This document shows positions 10,000 to 20,077 of a stretch of 64,000 nucleotides of DNA, one piece after another. This DNA comes from Hyphomicrobiales bacterium. GTDB taxonomy: Bacteria; Pseudomonadota; Alphaproteobacteria; Rhizobiales; OSC116. Both the position numbers and the translations under genes were made by a program. Under the pieces are notes generated by a model. The model was not told the origin of the DNA. It saw nothing but the letters and a program-made list of their open reading frames with translations, and made no database searches. Position 1 is the first letter of the stretch, and every line of letters starts with the position of its first letter. The DNA lies in the NCBI GenBank assembly GCA_002401855.1, contig NVUH01000007.1, positions 49,826-113,825 on the forward strand. Reading direction: 5' to 3'.

Positions 10000-11115
10000 C
10001 TAAACCTGGTCGATTTTGCTCAAAACGGGTGCAGTGCGGCTCAGTGATAATTCAGCATCAGAAAATTTCCACGGGCTGCGCACACCTTTCACACCCTCGG
10101 GCGATATTTGCATCTCGCGGGCAATGGTTTGAGGGCTATCAAAATTTTGCCCAATATTGCGTATCGGCCCAACAGGCACATTGGCCGCCTCTAAACCTCT
10201 CAATAAGTCATCATTAGCCCATTTTGCAATAGATTTGGTCAGTATTTCAGTCAGTAAATCGCGGTTTTTTACGCGCAACTGATTGGTTTTAAATCGCTCA
10301 TCGGCGCCCACTTCAGCCAAGCCAAGCACTGCGCAGCAACGCTCAAATTGCCCGTCATTGCCAACCGCCAAAATCACATGGCTATCAGCTGTTTCAAACA
10401 CCTGATAGGGCGCAATATTGGGATGTTCATTGCCCTTTCGGTTCGGGCTTTCACCCGTAGCCAGATAATTCATATTCTGGTTAGCCAACATAGCTGTGGC
10501 GCAATCCAGTAGCGACATATCGATATGTTGCCCAAGCCCCGTGCGGTGGCGCTGCTCCAAAGCCGCCATAATGCCAATGGTGCTGTATAAACCAGTGACA
10601 ATATCAGTAATCGCCACCCCCACTTTTTGCGGCTGCCCGTCTGGCTCACCAGTGACCGACATAAGCCCAGACATGCCTTGAATCAGATAATCATAGCCGG
10701 CCAATTTTGCATCTGGCCCCGTTTGGCCAAAACCAGTGATAGAACAATAAATTAACTTGGGGTTTATCGCCGCAAGGCTGGCATAATCCAAACCATATTT
10801 TTTTAACCCACCGACTTTAAAATTTTCAACCAATATATCGGCGTCTTTAATCAAATCACGAATCTCTTGCTGCCCAGCTTGGGTCTTGAAATCAATGCTG
10901 ACAGATGTTTTGCCACGGTTGCAAGCATAAAAGTACGCCGCCGAAACATCGCCATCACGTTCAATGAAAGGTGGCCCCCATTTGCGGGTGTCATCACCCT
11001 CGAGGCTTTCGATTTTAATCACCTCAGCGCCCAAATCGGCCAGCGATTGCCCAACCCACGGCCCCGCCAAAATACGTGCCAATTCAACCACTTTAATGCC
11101 ATCTAATGGATGCAT
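10000..11115 (-). CDS. Family III CoA-transferase (CaiB/BaiF), probable glutarate CoA-transferase
   Basis: N-terminus LDGIKVVELARILAGPWVGQSLADLGAEVIKIE; immediately downstream of gcdH as in the Pseudomonas gcdH-gcoT arrangement. Confidence 0.8.
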   Translation of the reverse strand: MHPLDGIKVVELARILAGPWVGQSLADLGAEVIKIESLEGDDTRKWGPPFIERDGDVSAAYFYACNRGKTSVSIDFKTQAGQQEIRDLIKDADILVENFKVGGLKKYGLDYASLAAINPKLIYCSITGFGQTGPDAKLAGYDYLIQGMSGLMSVTGEPDGQPQKVGVAITDIVTGLYSTIGIMAALEQRHRTGLGQHIDMSLLDCATAMLANQNMNYLATGESPNRKGNEHPNIAPYQVFETADSHVILAVGNDGQFERCCAVLGLAEVGADERFKTNQLRVKNRDLLTEILTKSIAKWANDDLLRGLEAANVPVGPIRNIGQNFDSPQTIAREMQISPEGVKGVRSPWKFSDAELSLSRTAPVLSKIDQV

Positions 11116-11139
11116 AATCGCTCCTAATAAAACGCCTGC

Positions 11140-12384
11140 CTAGTAAAAAGCTTGAATACCAGTTTGGGCGCGGCCAAGAATCAACGCATGCACATCATGC
11201 GTACCTTCATAGGTATTGACAGTTTCCAAATTCTGCGCGTGGCGCATCACATGATATTCAATCTGAATGCCGTTGCCGCCATGCATGTCACGGGCGTTGC
11301 GGGCAATTTCGAGCGCCTTGCCGCAATTATTACGCTTAATCATCGAAATCATTTCAGGCGCAGCATTCGCACTATCCATCAACCGCCCAACTTGCAAACA
11401 AGCTTGCAATCCGAGGCTAATTTCAGTTTGCATATCAGCCAATTTTTTCTGGTAAAGCTGCATACCTGCCAACGGTTTGTTAAATTGCTTACGGTCTAAA
11501 CCATATTGTCTGGCGCGGTGCCAACAATCTTCAGCCGCCCCCAAAACACCCCACGCAATGCCATAACGAGCGCGGTTCAAACAACCAAACGGCCCCTTAA
11601 GACCAGATACATGCGGTAACAAAGCATCATCAGAAATCTCAACATCTTGCATAACAATTTCGCCCGTTACAGATGCCCGAAGCGACAATTTTCCGCCAAT
11701 TTTCGGCGCCGATAAACCGTCTAAACCCTTGTCAAGAATAAACCCACGTATCGCACCATCATGCGCGTCAGATTTAGCCCAAACCACAAACACATCAGCA
11801 ATCGGGCTGTTAGAAATCCAAGTTTTCGCCCCATTTATCACATAACCGCCATCAACTTTTTTAGCGCGAGTGACCATGCTATTGGGGTCAGATCCTGCGT
11901 CAGGCTCGGTAAGTCCAAAACAACCAATCCATTCGCCCGCAGCTAGTTTAGGTAAATATTTTTGGCGCTGAGCCTCACTACCATAAGCATAAATCGGGTA
12001 CATAACCAACGAAGATTGCACACTCATCATCGAGCGATATCCACTGTCAATGCGCTCAATCTCGCGCGCCACCAAACCATAGGATACATATGTGCTGTCA
12101 ATGCCGCCATATTGCTCAGGCAAAGTAACTCCAAGCAAGCCAACGTCACCCATTTTTTTAAATATCTCAACATTAACGGTTTCAGACATATAAGCATCTT
12201 CTATAATCGGCGCCAAATGCTCAGCGGCAAAAGCCGCGGCACTGGCTTGAATCATCGTTTCTTCTTCGCTCAATTGGCTGTTAAACCGCAGCGCATCATC
12301 CCATTGAAAGTCGCTTAAATTCGGGCTGTCCTTAGCTCTTAAAATTGGTTTATCGGTTGCGTTCGATTGATTGTTTTTAGGCAT
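11140..12384 (-). CDS. gcdH: Glutaryl-CoA dehydrogenase
   Basis: 414-aa acyl-CoA dehydrogenase; [30 protein letters not shown] segments as in GCDH. Confidence 0.8.
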   Translation of the reverse strand: MPKNNQSNATDKPILRAKDSPNLSDFQWDDALRFNSQLSEEETMIQASAAAFAAEHLAPIIEDAYMSETVNVEIFKKMGDVGLLGVTLPEQYGGIDSTYVSYGLVAREIERIDSGYRSMMSVQSSLVMYPIYAYGSEAQRQKYLPKLAAGEWIGCFGLTEPDAGSDPNSMVTRAKKVDGGYVINGAKTWISNSPIADVFVVWAKSDAHDGAIRGFILDKGLDGLSAPKIGGKLSLRASVTGEIVMQDVEISDDALLPHVSGLKGPFGCLNRARYGIAWGVLGAAEDCWHRARQYGLDRKQFNKPLAGMQLYQKKLADMQTEISLGLQACLQVGRLMDSANAAPEMISMIKRNNCGKALEIARNARDMHGGNGIQIEYHVMRHAQNLETVNTYEGTHDVHALILGRAQTGIQAFY

Positions 12385-12548
12385 ATAGGTTCTCGAATAG
12401 GTTATATTAAATTTGACTAATAAAATTTAGCGTATAAATTTCAATTGGCTATTTTTTGCTTATTAGGCTAATGTTATTATATATTTTTATATAAAGCTAA
12501 CAAATAAATAACATAAGATAATGAGTTAAAATCATAAAGTAGGCAAAA

Positions 12549-13445
12549 ATGCGTGATACATATTTACCAACAATTAGTGAATTACAAGCCTTTTTATCTT
12601 GCTCTCAACTGGGCGCAACCACGCGCGCGGCCAAAGCCCTAAATTTAACCCAAAGTGCCATCAGCCGCTCCATTCACTCATTAGAAGAGCGGCTAGGCGT
12701 GCAGCTTTTTCACCGGGTGCGCCAACGTTTAATCCTGTCAGATGCAGGGCGCGTATTGCAACGAGATGCAGCTAACCTATTGGCAAATTTAAACCAAGCG
12801 GCAATGACCGTCATGGCGTTTGGTGGCCATAGCGAATTGCTAAGGTTGGCATCATTACCGACATTCGCCAGTGTTTGGCTCATCCCAAAATTGCAAAATT
12901 TCCAACAAATTATGCCCAACATGACTTTTGACATTTCGGCCAAACTAACCGATGTGGATTTTGAAAATGAGGCATTTGATGCTGCCATTCAACGCGGAAA
13001 ACACCCATCAATCGCGGTGGAATCATTAGAATTAATCGATGAATATCTAATTATAGTGGCAAAACCCGACTTTTTACCCAATGGCAAAATGCTCGAAGAC
13101 GCCGATTTAGCCAAATTACCGCTCCTGCAGCAAGCCACACGCCCGACATTATGGCTCGACTGGTTCGAACATGCAGGTTTAGACACCCGCACCATATTGC
13201 GCGGCGCAAGGTTTGAGCATTTCGATATGGTAATTAACGCCGCCATCGCTGGTTTAGGCATAGGCTTAGTGCCAGAAATATTGGTGCAAGACGCACTCAA
13301 AACTGGCCAACTAATCGTCGCGTCCCAACGTAGATTGCTGACGGATGAACCATATTGCTTAGTATACCCGCAACGCAGCGCCGAAATAGACGGGTTTGAG
13401 AATTTCAAACAGTGGTTACTTGCTGAAGCTAAAACTCTCAAATAA
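12549..13445 (+). CDS. LysR-family transcriptional regulator, divergent from gcdH (GcdR-like)
   Basis: N-terminal HTH LQAFLSCSQLGATTRAAKALNLTQSAISRSI; divergent position relative to gcdH operon. Confidence 0.85.
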   Translation: MRDTYLPTISELQAFLSCSQLGATTRAAKALNLTQSAISRSIHSLEERLGVQLFHRVRQRLILSDAGRVLQRDAANLLANLNQAAMTVMAFGGHSELLRLASLPTFASVWLIPKLQNFQQIMPNMTFDISAKLTDVDFENEAFDAAIQRGKHPSIAVESLELIDEYLIIVAKPDFLPNGKMLEDADLAKLPLLQQATRPTLWLDWFEHAGLDTRTILRGARFEHFDMVINAAIAGLGIGLVPEILVQDALKTGQLIVASQRRLLTDEPYCLVYPQRSAEIDGFENFKQWLLAEAKTLK

Positions 13446-13594
13446 CCTGAAAAGTTAAGTCAAATTTGCCCCATGATTGCAGTAAAACGGCTCAGCCCGT
13501 TCAATCGTTTCAGCTATATGAAGCACCGTGTCATCTGCCATTGATAAAGGCTTGAGTGGTGAGGGTGAGTTTGTCAGGTTGTCAATAGCTTTAT

Positions 13595-13610
13595 TAATAT
13601 GATCATATTA
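13595..13610. promoter_or_regulatory. Perfect 16-bp palindrome TAATATGATCATATTA (copy 1)
   Basis: Read directly; overlaps stop codon of the GntR C-terminal fragment; same core as 14347-14364. Confidence 0.4.
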
Positions 13611-14260
13611 TTTTATAACAGCATCCATAGGTATTTTAGCGCCTTGTTTAATATCGGCATTCATAGCGATCAATAAATTGGAAACATTTTTTGCAATTAA
13701 AGCGGACACAATGGATTTATGTTGATCTTGCATTTGAGCTGTGCCATTGCGGCCGCAAATGATACGCATATAAGGCCCTAATTGTAGCCATAGGCTTTGA
13801 ATGAACGGGATGGCCACATCATATTGAGTCAAATTATATAAGTAGAAATGAAAGGCGTGATTATGCTGAAGATAACCCGTTATATTGCCATCATAAATGG
13901 CAAAGTCGAGCTGTTCGTCAATGGTTTGTAATTGGCTTATTTGAGTGTCGGTAATGTGGATAATTTTATTTAGCACACTGATAATTATAATAAAATTATA
14001 ATTTCAATTAAATCTCTTAGTCGAGATTTAATCATTATTGATATAGAAATACGGCGATTATCTTTTAATAATAAAGTGCCTTCTGCGATGAGCCGTCGCA
14101 GCGCTTCCGGCACGGGAGTGGTGCCAACATTTAGCATATCGGCGGCGCATTGGATGGTGATTGAATCACCTGGCTGTAAATCGCCAAATAATATTTTTTC
14201 GGATAGTTTTTGATAGGTTAATTGGTGTGTTAGCAAGTTGTCATTTTCAATTGTGTCCAC
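13608..14260 (-). pseudogene. GntR/FCD-family regulator split by frameshift and stop
   Basis: HTH part (13985-14260, ...TPVPEALRRLIAEG...) ends at TAA; FCD part (13608-13976, ...HNHAFHFYLY...) continues in another frame after a 9-nt gap in an AT-rich run. Confidence 0.7.
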
Positions 14261-14346
14261 CGATCACTTCCAATGTTGATTGCATTAATATTACATTGGT
14301 TCGTAAATATGTTTAAGTGATATGCAAAAACCGCTTGCGAAATTTT

Positions 14347-14364
14347 ATAATATGATCATATTAT
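14347..14364. promoter_or_regulatory. Perfect 18-bp palindrome ATAATATGATCATATTAT (copy 2), plus degenerate copy at 14368-14381
   Basis: Read directly in the divergent region between the broken GntR gene and the ferredoxin gene. Confidence 0.45.
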
Positions 14365-14411
14365 TTCTTATGATTCATATTGTAAAAATGGAATTTTTTA
14401 AAAGGTTCAAA

Positions 14412-14660
14412 ATGCTTATATTTGTTTCTAACCTGTCCATTTATCAGCTTGAAATATTGGCTCGATATCGCGCAAAAAACGGCGTTGAAATTGCCAATTC
14501 TTGTCTTGCTGGTATTTGTGGAACTTGTCGTTGCAAGTTAACCAAAGGCGAGGTATTTTTATCCAACATTTTAGGGTTAAGCCAGAAAAATATTGAACAA
14601 ATATATATATTGGCGTGCAATGCTTTCCCGACATCAAATATTGAAGTGAACACATTATGA
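14412..14660 (+). CDS. Small plant-type [2Fe-2S] ferredoxin
   Basis: SCLAGICGTCRC (C-x4-C-x2-C) plus distal LAC cysteine; ATG at 14412 gives 82 aa; stop overlaps next start (ATGA at 14657). Confidence 0.7.
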   Translation: MLIFVSNLSIYQLEILARYRAKNGVEIANSCLAGICGTCRCKLTKGEVFLSNILGLSQKNIEQIYILACNAFPTSNIEVNTL

Positions 14661-16042
14661 CAAAAAATTTAAACCGTTTTACTGCAGAGATTGCACAAAA
14701 ATTTAAAATTGAAGTTGCAGATTTTATCAAACAATATCCAAAAATTGAGCAGATTCATATTATGTTTCCAGACATGAATTGCATTATGCGCGGCAAGGCC
14801 ATTGACATTTCGGCGCTTGAAAAAATATCTACGGGCAGCATGAAAATGCCGTTTTCAACTCATGGTTTGAATGTTTGGGGTAGGGATGTTGAAGCCACTG
14901 GCTTGGCGCTCGAAAATGGTGATCCAGATGGTGTATTTTGGCCAATTCTGGGCAGCCTTGCACCCGCGCCGAACAGCCAAACACATGGCCAGATACTCAC
15001 CCAATTATTGCCGTTAAAAACCGGTTTTGAAAGCCCCGTTGATCCGCGTGATATCTTGGCAAAAATATTGTCTAAATTTAGTGAAAAAGGTCTAAAACCT
15101 GTGTTGGCGCTCGAACTTGAATTTTATTTAATGTCGGATCAGACGCCTGCTGATGGCCCGCCAATGCCGATTTCTAGCGGTAAAGTGCAGCGGGTCAACG
15201 AAATTGATGCATTGGTTGACCAGCAGGGCTTTTTAGATGATGTGTTAGCGGGATGCCGCCAGCAAAGTATACCCATTGATACCATCATTGCCGAATATGG
15301 CCGTGGGCAATTTGAGATGAATATGTTGCACAGTGACAATGTGCTGCAAGCGGCTGATCATGCGATGTTATTTAAACATTTGGTGCGCCATTGTGCAAAA
15401 AAACACGGCATGCGTGCCACCTTTATGGCCAAACCGCTTGCGGGACAACCCGGCAATGGTTTGCATGTGCATATCAGCGTTTTGGATGAAGTTGGAAATA
15501 ATATTTTTGCTGCAAATCAGGGGGATGACACCGCCAATGATGCTCTGTTAAATGCAATAGCTGGTGTGTTGGATAGCATGCCTGATTTTCAGGCTATATT
15601 TGCGCCTCATGCAAATTCTTATCGCCGATTTATGGTTGATTCTCACGCACCAACCAACCTTTCTTGGGGCTATGACCACCGAGGGGTGGCCATTCGCATT
15701 CCTGAATTTAAAGGCAAAAATGCGCGGTTGGAACACCGCGTGAGTGGAGCCGATGCGAACCCATATTTACTGTTAACCGCAATTTTGGCGGGGATATTGA
15801 ACGGTTTAGTGGAGAATATGCAACCACCTTCAGCCGTTGTGAATGGAGGAATGTTAGGTGATGACAATTTAACCAATGAGTGGGGTGCTGCGTTGCGGAA
15901 TTTTAAAAAATCTGAAGTGGCAAAGCAAGCCTTTGGGGTGAATTATCATGATATTTATGTAGCCTGTCGGCATGATGAAATGAATCAATTATGCGCCATG
16001 ATACCAGACATTGAGTATCTGACTTATCTACATCGTCTATGA
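14657..16042 (+). CDS. Glutamine synthetase-family protein (gamma-glutamyl-amine synthetase-like, PuuA/GmaS type)
   Basis: 461 aa; ELEFYL, NGLHVHISV, NSYRR, ARLEHRVSGADANPYL motifs of GS catalytic domain. Confidence 0.85.
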   Translation: MTKNLNRFTAEIAQKFKIEVADFIKQYPKIEQIHIMFPDMNCIMRGKAIDISALEKISTGSMKMPFSTHGLNVWGRDVEATGLALENGDPDGVFWPILGSLAPAPNSQTHGQILTQLLPLKTGFESPVDPRDILAKILSKFSEKGLKPVLALELEFYLMSDQTPADGPPMPISSGKVQRVNEIDALVDQQGFLDDVLAGCRQQSIPIDTIIAEYGRGQFEMNMLHSDNVLQAADHAMLFKHLVRHCAKKHGMRATFMAKPLAGQPGNGLHVHISVLDEVGNNIFAANQGDDTANDALLNAIAGVLDSMPDFQAIFAPHANSYRRFMVDSHAPTNLSWGYDHRGVAIRIPEFKGKNARLEHRVSGADANPYLLLTAILAGILNGLVENMQPPSAVVNGGMLGDDNLTNEWGAALRNFKKSEVAKQAFGVNYHDIYVACRHDEMNQLCAMIPDIEYLTYLHRL

Positions 16043-16093
16043 TGGAGCGTGATATTTAAAAAGATACAGATTATTTGCTGCAACATGCTCAAC

Positions 16094-16861
16094 CTAGTTG
16101 ATTGCTTTGATCAAATCTGTGACGCGTTGTTCGTTACTGGTTGCAAGACTACCATCTTTGTTCCATAGGCTGTTTTCAAAACCAATTCGCATTTTTCCGC
16201 CTAATTTATGCGCTGTGACCAAACAATCAATTTCATTGACCCCAAACGCGCAGACCATCCAATCTGCTTTGACATTATGTGTGGTGAGAATGTTTAGAAA
16301 TACTTGTAAATCTTGCGGTTTGCTGCTGTTGACATCGCCATATTTACCTAAAACGAACAATAGGTCGAGTTGGCCATTGGGCAAAATATTTTGATCTCGT
16401 AAATTGATTAGGTTTAATAAATCCATTTTGTCATATAAAATATGTTGCACGGCAATATTATCACTTAAACAGCTGTGATAGAATTTTGAATATTGTTTTT
16501 TACCAACATCGCCATTAGTAATTTCTCGCAATGCCACGGATACCAATTTGGGTTTGATATCCTCAATTAATTGGATCTGTTGTTCGGCACGATAAATTCC
16601 CACGGCTTCAGTGGTAATTTGCACCTCTATCTCAGGGACGACGTGGTTTATATGATCTAGTAATTCTCTATAAATACCTGTGTCTAAACTATGTTTTCCA
16701 TTTTTATCTCGTATATGAGCGTGTATGCCATCGGCGCCCGCTAAAAACCCAGCTTTTGCAGTTTTGGCAATTTCTTCGATTGAAATTGGCAAATTCGGGT
16801 GATCTGATTTTGTATGTCGCGCTCCATTTGGCGCTAACATTATGTGAGGCAGTGGTTGCAT
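16094..16861 (-). CDS. BKACE (DUF849, 3-keto-5-aminohexanoate cleavage enzyme family) protein
   Basis: MLAPNGARHTKSDHPNLPISIEEIAK...GADGIHAHIRD N-terminus typical of BKACE; start abuts upstream stop. Confidence 0.8.
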   Translation of the reverse strand: MQPLPHIMLAPNGARHTKSDHPNLPISIEEIAKTAKAGFLAGADGIHAHIRDKNGKHSLDTGIYRELLDHINHVVPEIEVQITTEAVGIYRAEQQIQLIEDIKPKLVSVALREITNGDVGKKQYSKFYHSCLSDNIAVQHILYDKMDLLNLINLRDQNILPNGQLDLLFVLGKYGDVNSSKPQDLQVFLNILTTHNVKADWMVCAFGVNEIDCLVTAHKLGGKMRIGFENSLWNKDGSLATSNEQRVTDLIKAIN

Positions 16862-17800
16862 TTATTTCGTTTCTTCAAGAGCTTTTAACAAAGCCACCAG
16901 TTTTTTATCGCGATCTTGTTTTAAGTCGAGTAATGACTGGCCATTGGCTTCATCAAACACGCCATCAATTAATTTTTGGCGTGTTGGCGCATCTAATACT
17001 GGGCGTCCCAAGTCTTTCCAACGAGCCTCTTGCGCAGGCCCGAGATGGTTTAAATAGGCTTCAATTCCGCCTTCGCCACCACCCAAATGATAGAGCATAT
17101 GCGGGCCATGAATGGCCCAACGTAGGCCTGGCCCGTTGGCAATGGCACGATCGACATCTTCAACCGATGCAATGCCTTCGGCCACAATATTCACTGCTTC
17201 TTGCCACAGTGCAGCCGTCAGGCGGTTGGCAACATGGCCAATGGCTTCTTTGCTAACCCGAATGGGCTTTTTGCCAATATTTTGGTAAAAATCATAGGCG
17301 ATATCAATTGAAGCACTTGCTGTGTTTTTACCAGCGACCAACTCGACAAGCGGTATTAGGTGCGGAGGGTTAAACGGATGAGTAACCAATATGCGATGTT
17401 GGTTGACGCATTTTTCTTGCAAATCGGAACATAATAAAGATGATGTGCTTGAGCCAATTAAAATATCTGGTGGCAGCAGCGCATCTATTTCGGCCAGTAA
17501 TTTTTGTTTAAGCGGCAGTTTTTCAGGCGCGTTTTCTTGCACATAATCAGTGCCAGTTAAGGCCTGCTTTAAATCATCATGGAATGATAAATTCCCTGTC
17601 TTTGCCGCATACTTGTCGTTAACCGTTTCAATATCGGTTAACATCACTTGTATCAGAGCTTTTATTTTGTCATAGGTTTCGGGAGCGGGGTCGTAAATGC
17701 GTATATTTATTTGCCTGGATAAATAATAGGCTGCCCAACTGGCACCAATTAAGCCCGCGCCGACTATGGTTATGGTGTTGATTTGCGGTAATTTGGTCAT
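16862..17800 (-). CDS. 3-hydroxyacyl-CoA dehydrogenase-family NAD enzyme, L-carnitine dehydrogenase-like
   Basis: Rossmann ITIVGAGLIGASWAAYY; C-terminal GGGEGGIEAYLNHLGPAQEARW resembles carnitine dehydrogenases; adjacency to BKACE. Confidence 0.65.
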   Translation of the reverse strand: MTKLPQINTITIVGAGLIGASWAAYYLSRQINIRIYDPAPETYDKIKALIQVMLTDIETVNDKYAAKTGNLSFHDDLKQALTGTDYVQENAPEKLPLKQKLLAEIDALLPPDILIGSSTSSLLCSDLQEKCVNQHRILVTHPFNPPHLIPLVELVAGKNTASASIDIAYDFYQNIGKKPIRVSKEAIGHVANRLTAALWQEAVNIVAEGIASVEDVDRAIANGPGLRWAIHGPHMLYHLGGGEGGIEAYLNHLGPAQEARWKDLGRPVLDAPTRQKLIDGVFDEANGQSLLDLKQDRDKKLVALLKALEETK

Positions 17801-17815
17801 TACATCCCCTTAATT

Positions 17816-18450
17816 TTATAGAATAGCATAAAGGTTTGTATTAAAATTGAACATATGTGGTTTTATTATCTTTTCAGATTTTTTTGTCTTGATTGCAGAT
17901 ACACGAACCTGCCGACTGTCAAACATAGTGAGCGGTAGCGTTTTTTGACGGCCAACGAGATAGCTTGAGTGAGAGAATTCGTTTAATGACAATAAGAATG
18001 AAAAGATAATGCCGTCTTCAATACTGGGTTTTATGAGCGAAAAAATAAGCGCAACGCTCGAAATGGCGAATGCCTGTGGGAAATTGACCACCCGCATGAC
18101 GTCGTTAATCATGATGGTGAACAACGCCATTAAAATAAATGCCCAGCGGTTCGTGGCGATAAAATGAATAGCCACGGCAGCGGGATAGCCGACCAATAGG
18201 CATAGAATAGCAGCTAAGAAAGCTTTGCCGAAGGTTGATAGATAAACTGTCCAACTGTCCAACTGTCCACCTGCCGACCTCGCCAATGGCTAAATAGGCA
18301 TCGAAGGATAGGTCGGGTTTGATCCAATATGTTGAGGGATCCCAAGCCCAAAAACTTCAATAAAGGATGATGAGCAAAGGAATAAACCCAACAATAGCCA
18401 ACAGCAAAAAAGCCGGGGCTGCAAGTGATAGTCCGCGCTTTATTTGAAAC
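17816..18450 (-). pseudogene. Decayed ABC permease (PotB/PotC-like)
   Basis: 156-aa ORF lacks the central EAA-loop region; N-terminal segment MFQIKRGLSLAAPAFLLLAIVGFIPLL at about 18370-18450 is in another frame with a stop. Confidence 0.55.
18247..18278. repeat. Tandem octanucleotide CTGTCCAA x3 (+1 degenerate unit)
   Basis: CTGTCCAA CTGTCCAA CTGTCCAC CTGCCGAC read directly inside the permease remnant. Confidence 0.8.
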
Positions 18451-18510
18451 ATTTAGAAATTCTAATCACTAGTTAAAAAATTGGCCAAAAGCACGGACGT
18501 ATCAGCCTAT

Positions 18511-19090
18511 TTATGCATTACGCAGCTTTTGCCACCATTGTTCGTAAAGTTGGAAATTATCAGAGCGGGTATTCTGCCAGTAGATTTTGCTTGAGAATTT
18601 TTTACGCACATGTTCGGTCACTTCGGCCACTTTATCGACATTTAAATCGCTTGGCACAACATAACCGTGCAATAATGACAATTGCGCGCCATAGAAGCTG
18701 CCATAAATCCAGGCGTCTTCCATGGCCACACGGCCTTTAAGTTTTTTATCAAAAATTACCCCATTGCCAGACTTTGTCATAATTGGAGATTTTACTCACA
18801 TCCGACGGGGCGATGGCGCCTTGTTGGGCTAGTTCACGTTCAGCACTGGCTTGTAGGCCGCTGACATCGTAAATGGCATTGGCGTAGCCTTACACCAAAC
18901 ATGCAAAAATCGAGCCTGAGTCATTGCCATTGTAGATGAATGCAACATTCAAGCCAGCGTCTTTATTGGCTTGATCCCACATATCGCCAATGTCTAATGT
19001 ACCTGTGCCCCAAAAAGCGATGTCACCGCCATCTGCCGTCTTGTTCGGTAATGCGGCCAACAAGTTGGCCATCTTCGGCTTGTAGGGCAT
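18511..19090 (-). pseudogene. Decayed periplasmic binding protein (PotD/PotF-like)
   Basis: Fragments 18511-18780 and 18890-19090 in different frames; DIAFWGTGT...GLNVAFIYNGNDSG resembles polyamine-type SBPs; no signal peptide. Confidence 0.5.
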
Positions 19091-19201
19091 AGTCTATGGC
19101 TTTGCGCCACTCAGCTTTTGTCGCAAAAACTTTACCGCTTTGCATCTTAATTCGTCAAGGCTTGAGGTGCTCCCCAAATCTGCGACAGATTTTGCATTGA
19201 T

Positions 19202-20077
19202 TTAAGCTACACTTTTCACTGACCAGTCGTTGGGTTGATTGTTTAATTTGTTCCAATAAATCACATCAGGCGTTAAACCACAATGCGCTTTATGGGGGCG
19301 TTCTGTATTATAGAAGTTGATCCACTTGCCAATTCCTTCTCGGGCTTCTGTGCCACCACTCCAAGCATGTAAATAAACACATTCATATTTAAGTGATCGC
19401 CACAACCGTTCGATAAATATATTGTCCAAATATCGGCCTTTGCCATCCATCGATATTTTAATGTTGGCAGACTTAAGCCGATCAATCCATTGCCAAGATG
19501 TAAATTGACTACCCTGATCGGTGTTAAAGATCTTAGGTGCACCAAAGCGGTAAATGGCCTCATTCAAAGCCTCAATGCAAAAATCAGTCTCCATGGTGTT
19601 TGATAAGCGCCAGCTTAAAACCCTGCGTGTTGCCCAGTCCATAATCGCAACCAGATATAAAAATCCCTTGCGCATCGGAATGTAAGTAATGTCAGCACAC
19701 CACACATGGTTTGGCTCTGTGATATTCATTCCTTTCAAGAGGTAAGGATATATTTTATGTTGTTTATTAGGTTTACTGGTGTTGGGTTTTTGATAAATTG
19801 GCATCAACCTCATCAAACGCATAAGCCTGCGTATCCGTTTGATATTGACTTTATGACCTTGGGCGCATAAATGCCACCTCATCTGGCGAACACCATAAAA
19901 TGGCCTAGCTAAGAATTGTTTATCAATCAATGTCATCAGCTCAAGATTATAGTTAGTTTCGCCTTTGGCCTGCCGATAAACCGATGAGCGAGATATTGAC
20001 AATAGCTGGCATTGAGATTTTATCGCCAGTTTTGGATGTTGCTTGTTAATCATGCTAACCCTCACTTGTCGATCCAA
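19202..20077 (-). CDS. IS3-family transposase OrfB (DDE integrase core)
   Basis: [30 protein letters not shown] segments; frame opens just after candidate slippery heptamer TTTTTTG (20095-20101). Confidence 0.9.
   Translation of the reverse strand: MDRQVRVSMINKQHPKLAIKSQCQLLSISRSSVYRQAKGETNYNLELMTLIDKQFLARPFYGVRQMRWHLCAQGHKVNIKRIRRLMRLMRLMPIYQKPNTSKPNKQHKIYPYLLKGMNITEPNHVWCADITYIPMRKGFLYLVAIMDWATRRVLSWRLSNTMETDFCIEALNEAIYRFGAPKIFNTDQGSQFTSWQWIDRLKSANIKISMDGKGRYLDNIFIERLWRSLKYECVYLHAWSGGTEAREGIGKWINFYNTERPHKAHCGLTPDVIYWNKLNNQPNDWSVKSVA

Noticed and set aside
14322-14411. N-terminal 30 codons of the ORF-track ferredoxin model (MQKPLAKFYNMIILFLMIHIVKMEFFKRFK)
   Set aside because: This AT-rich stretch overlaps the palindromic operator candidates and has no ferredoxin homology. 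The ATG at 14412 gives a complete 82-aa fer2 domain.
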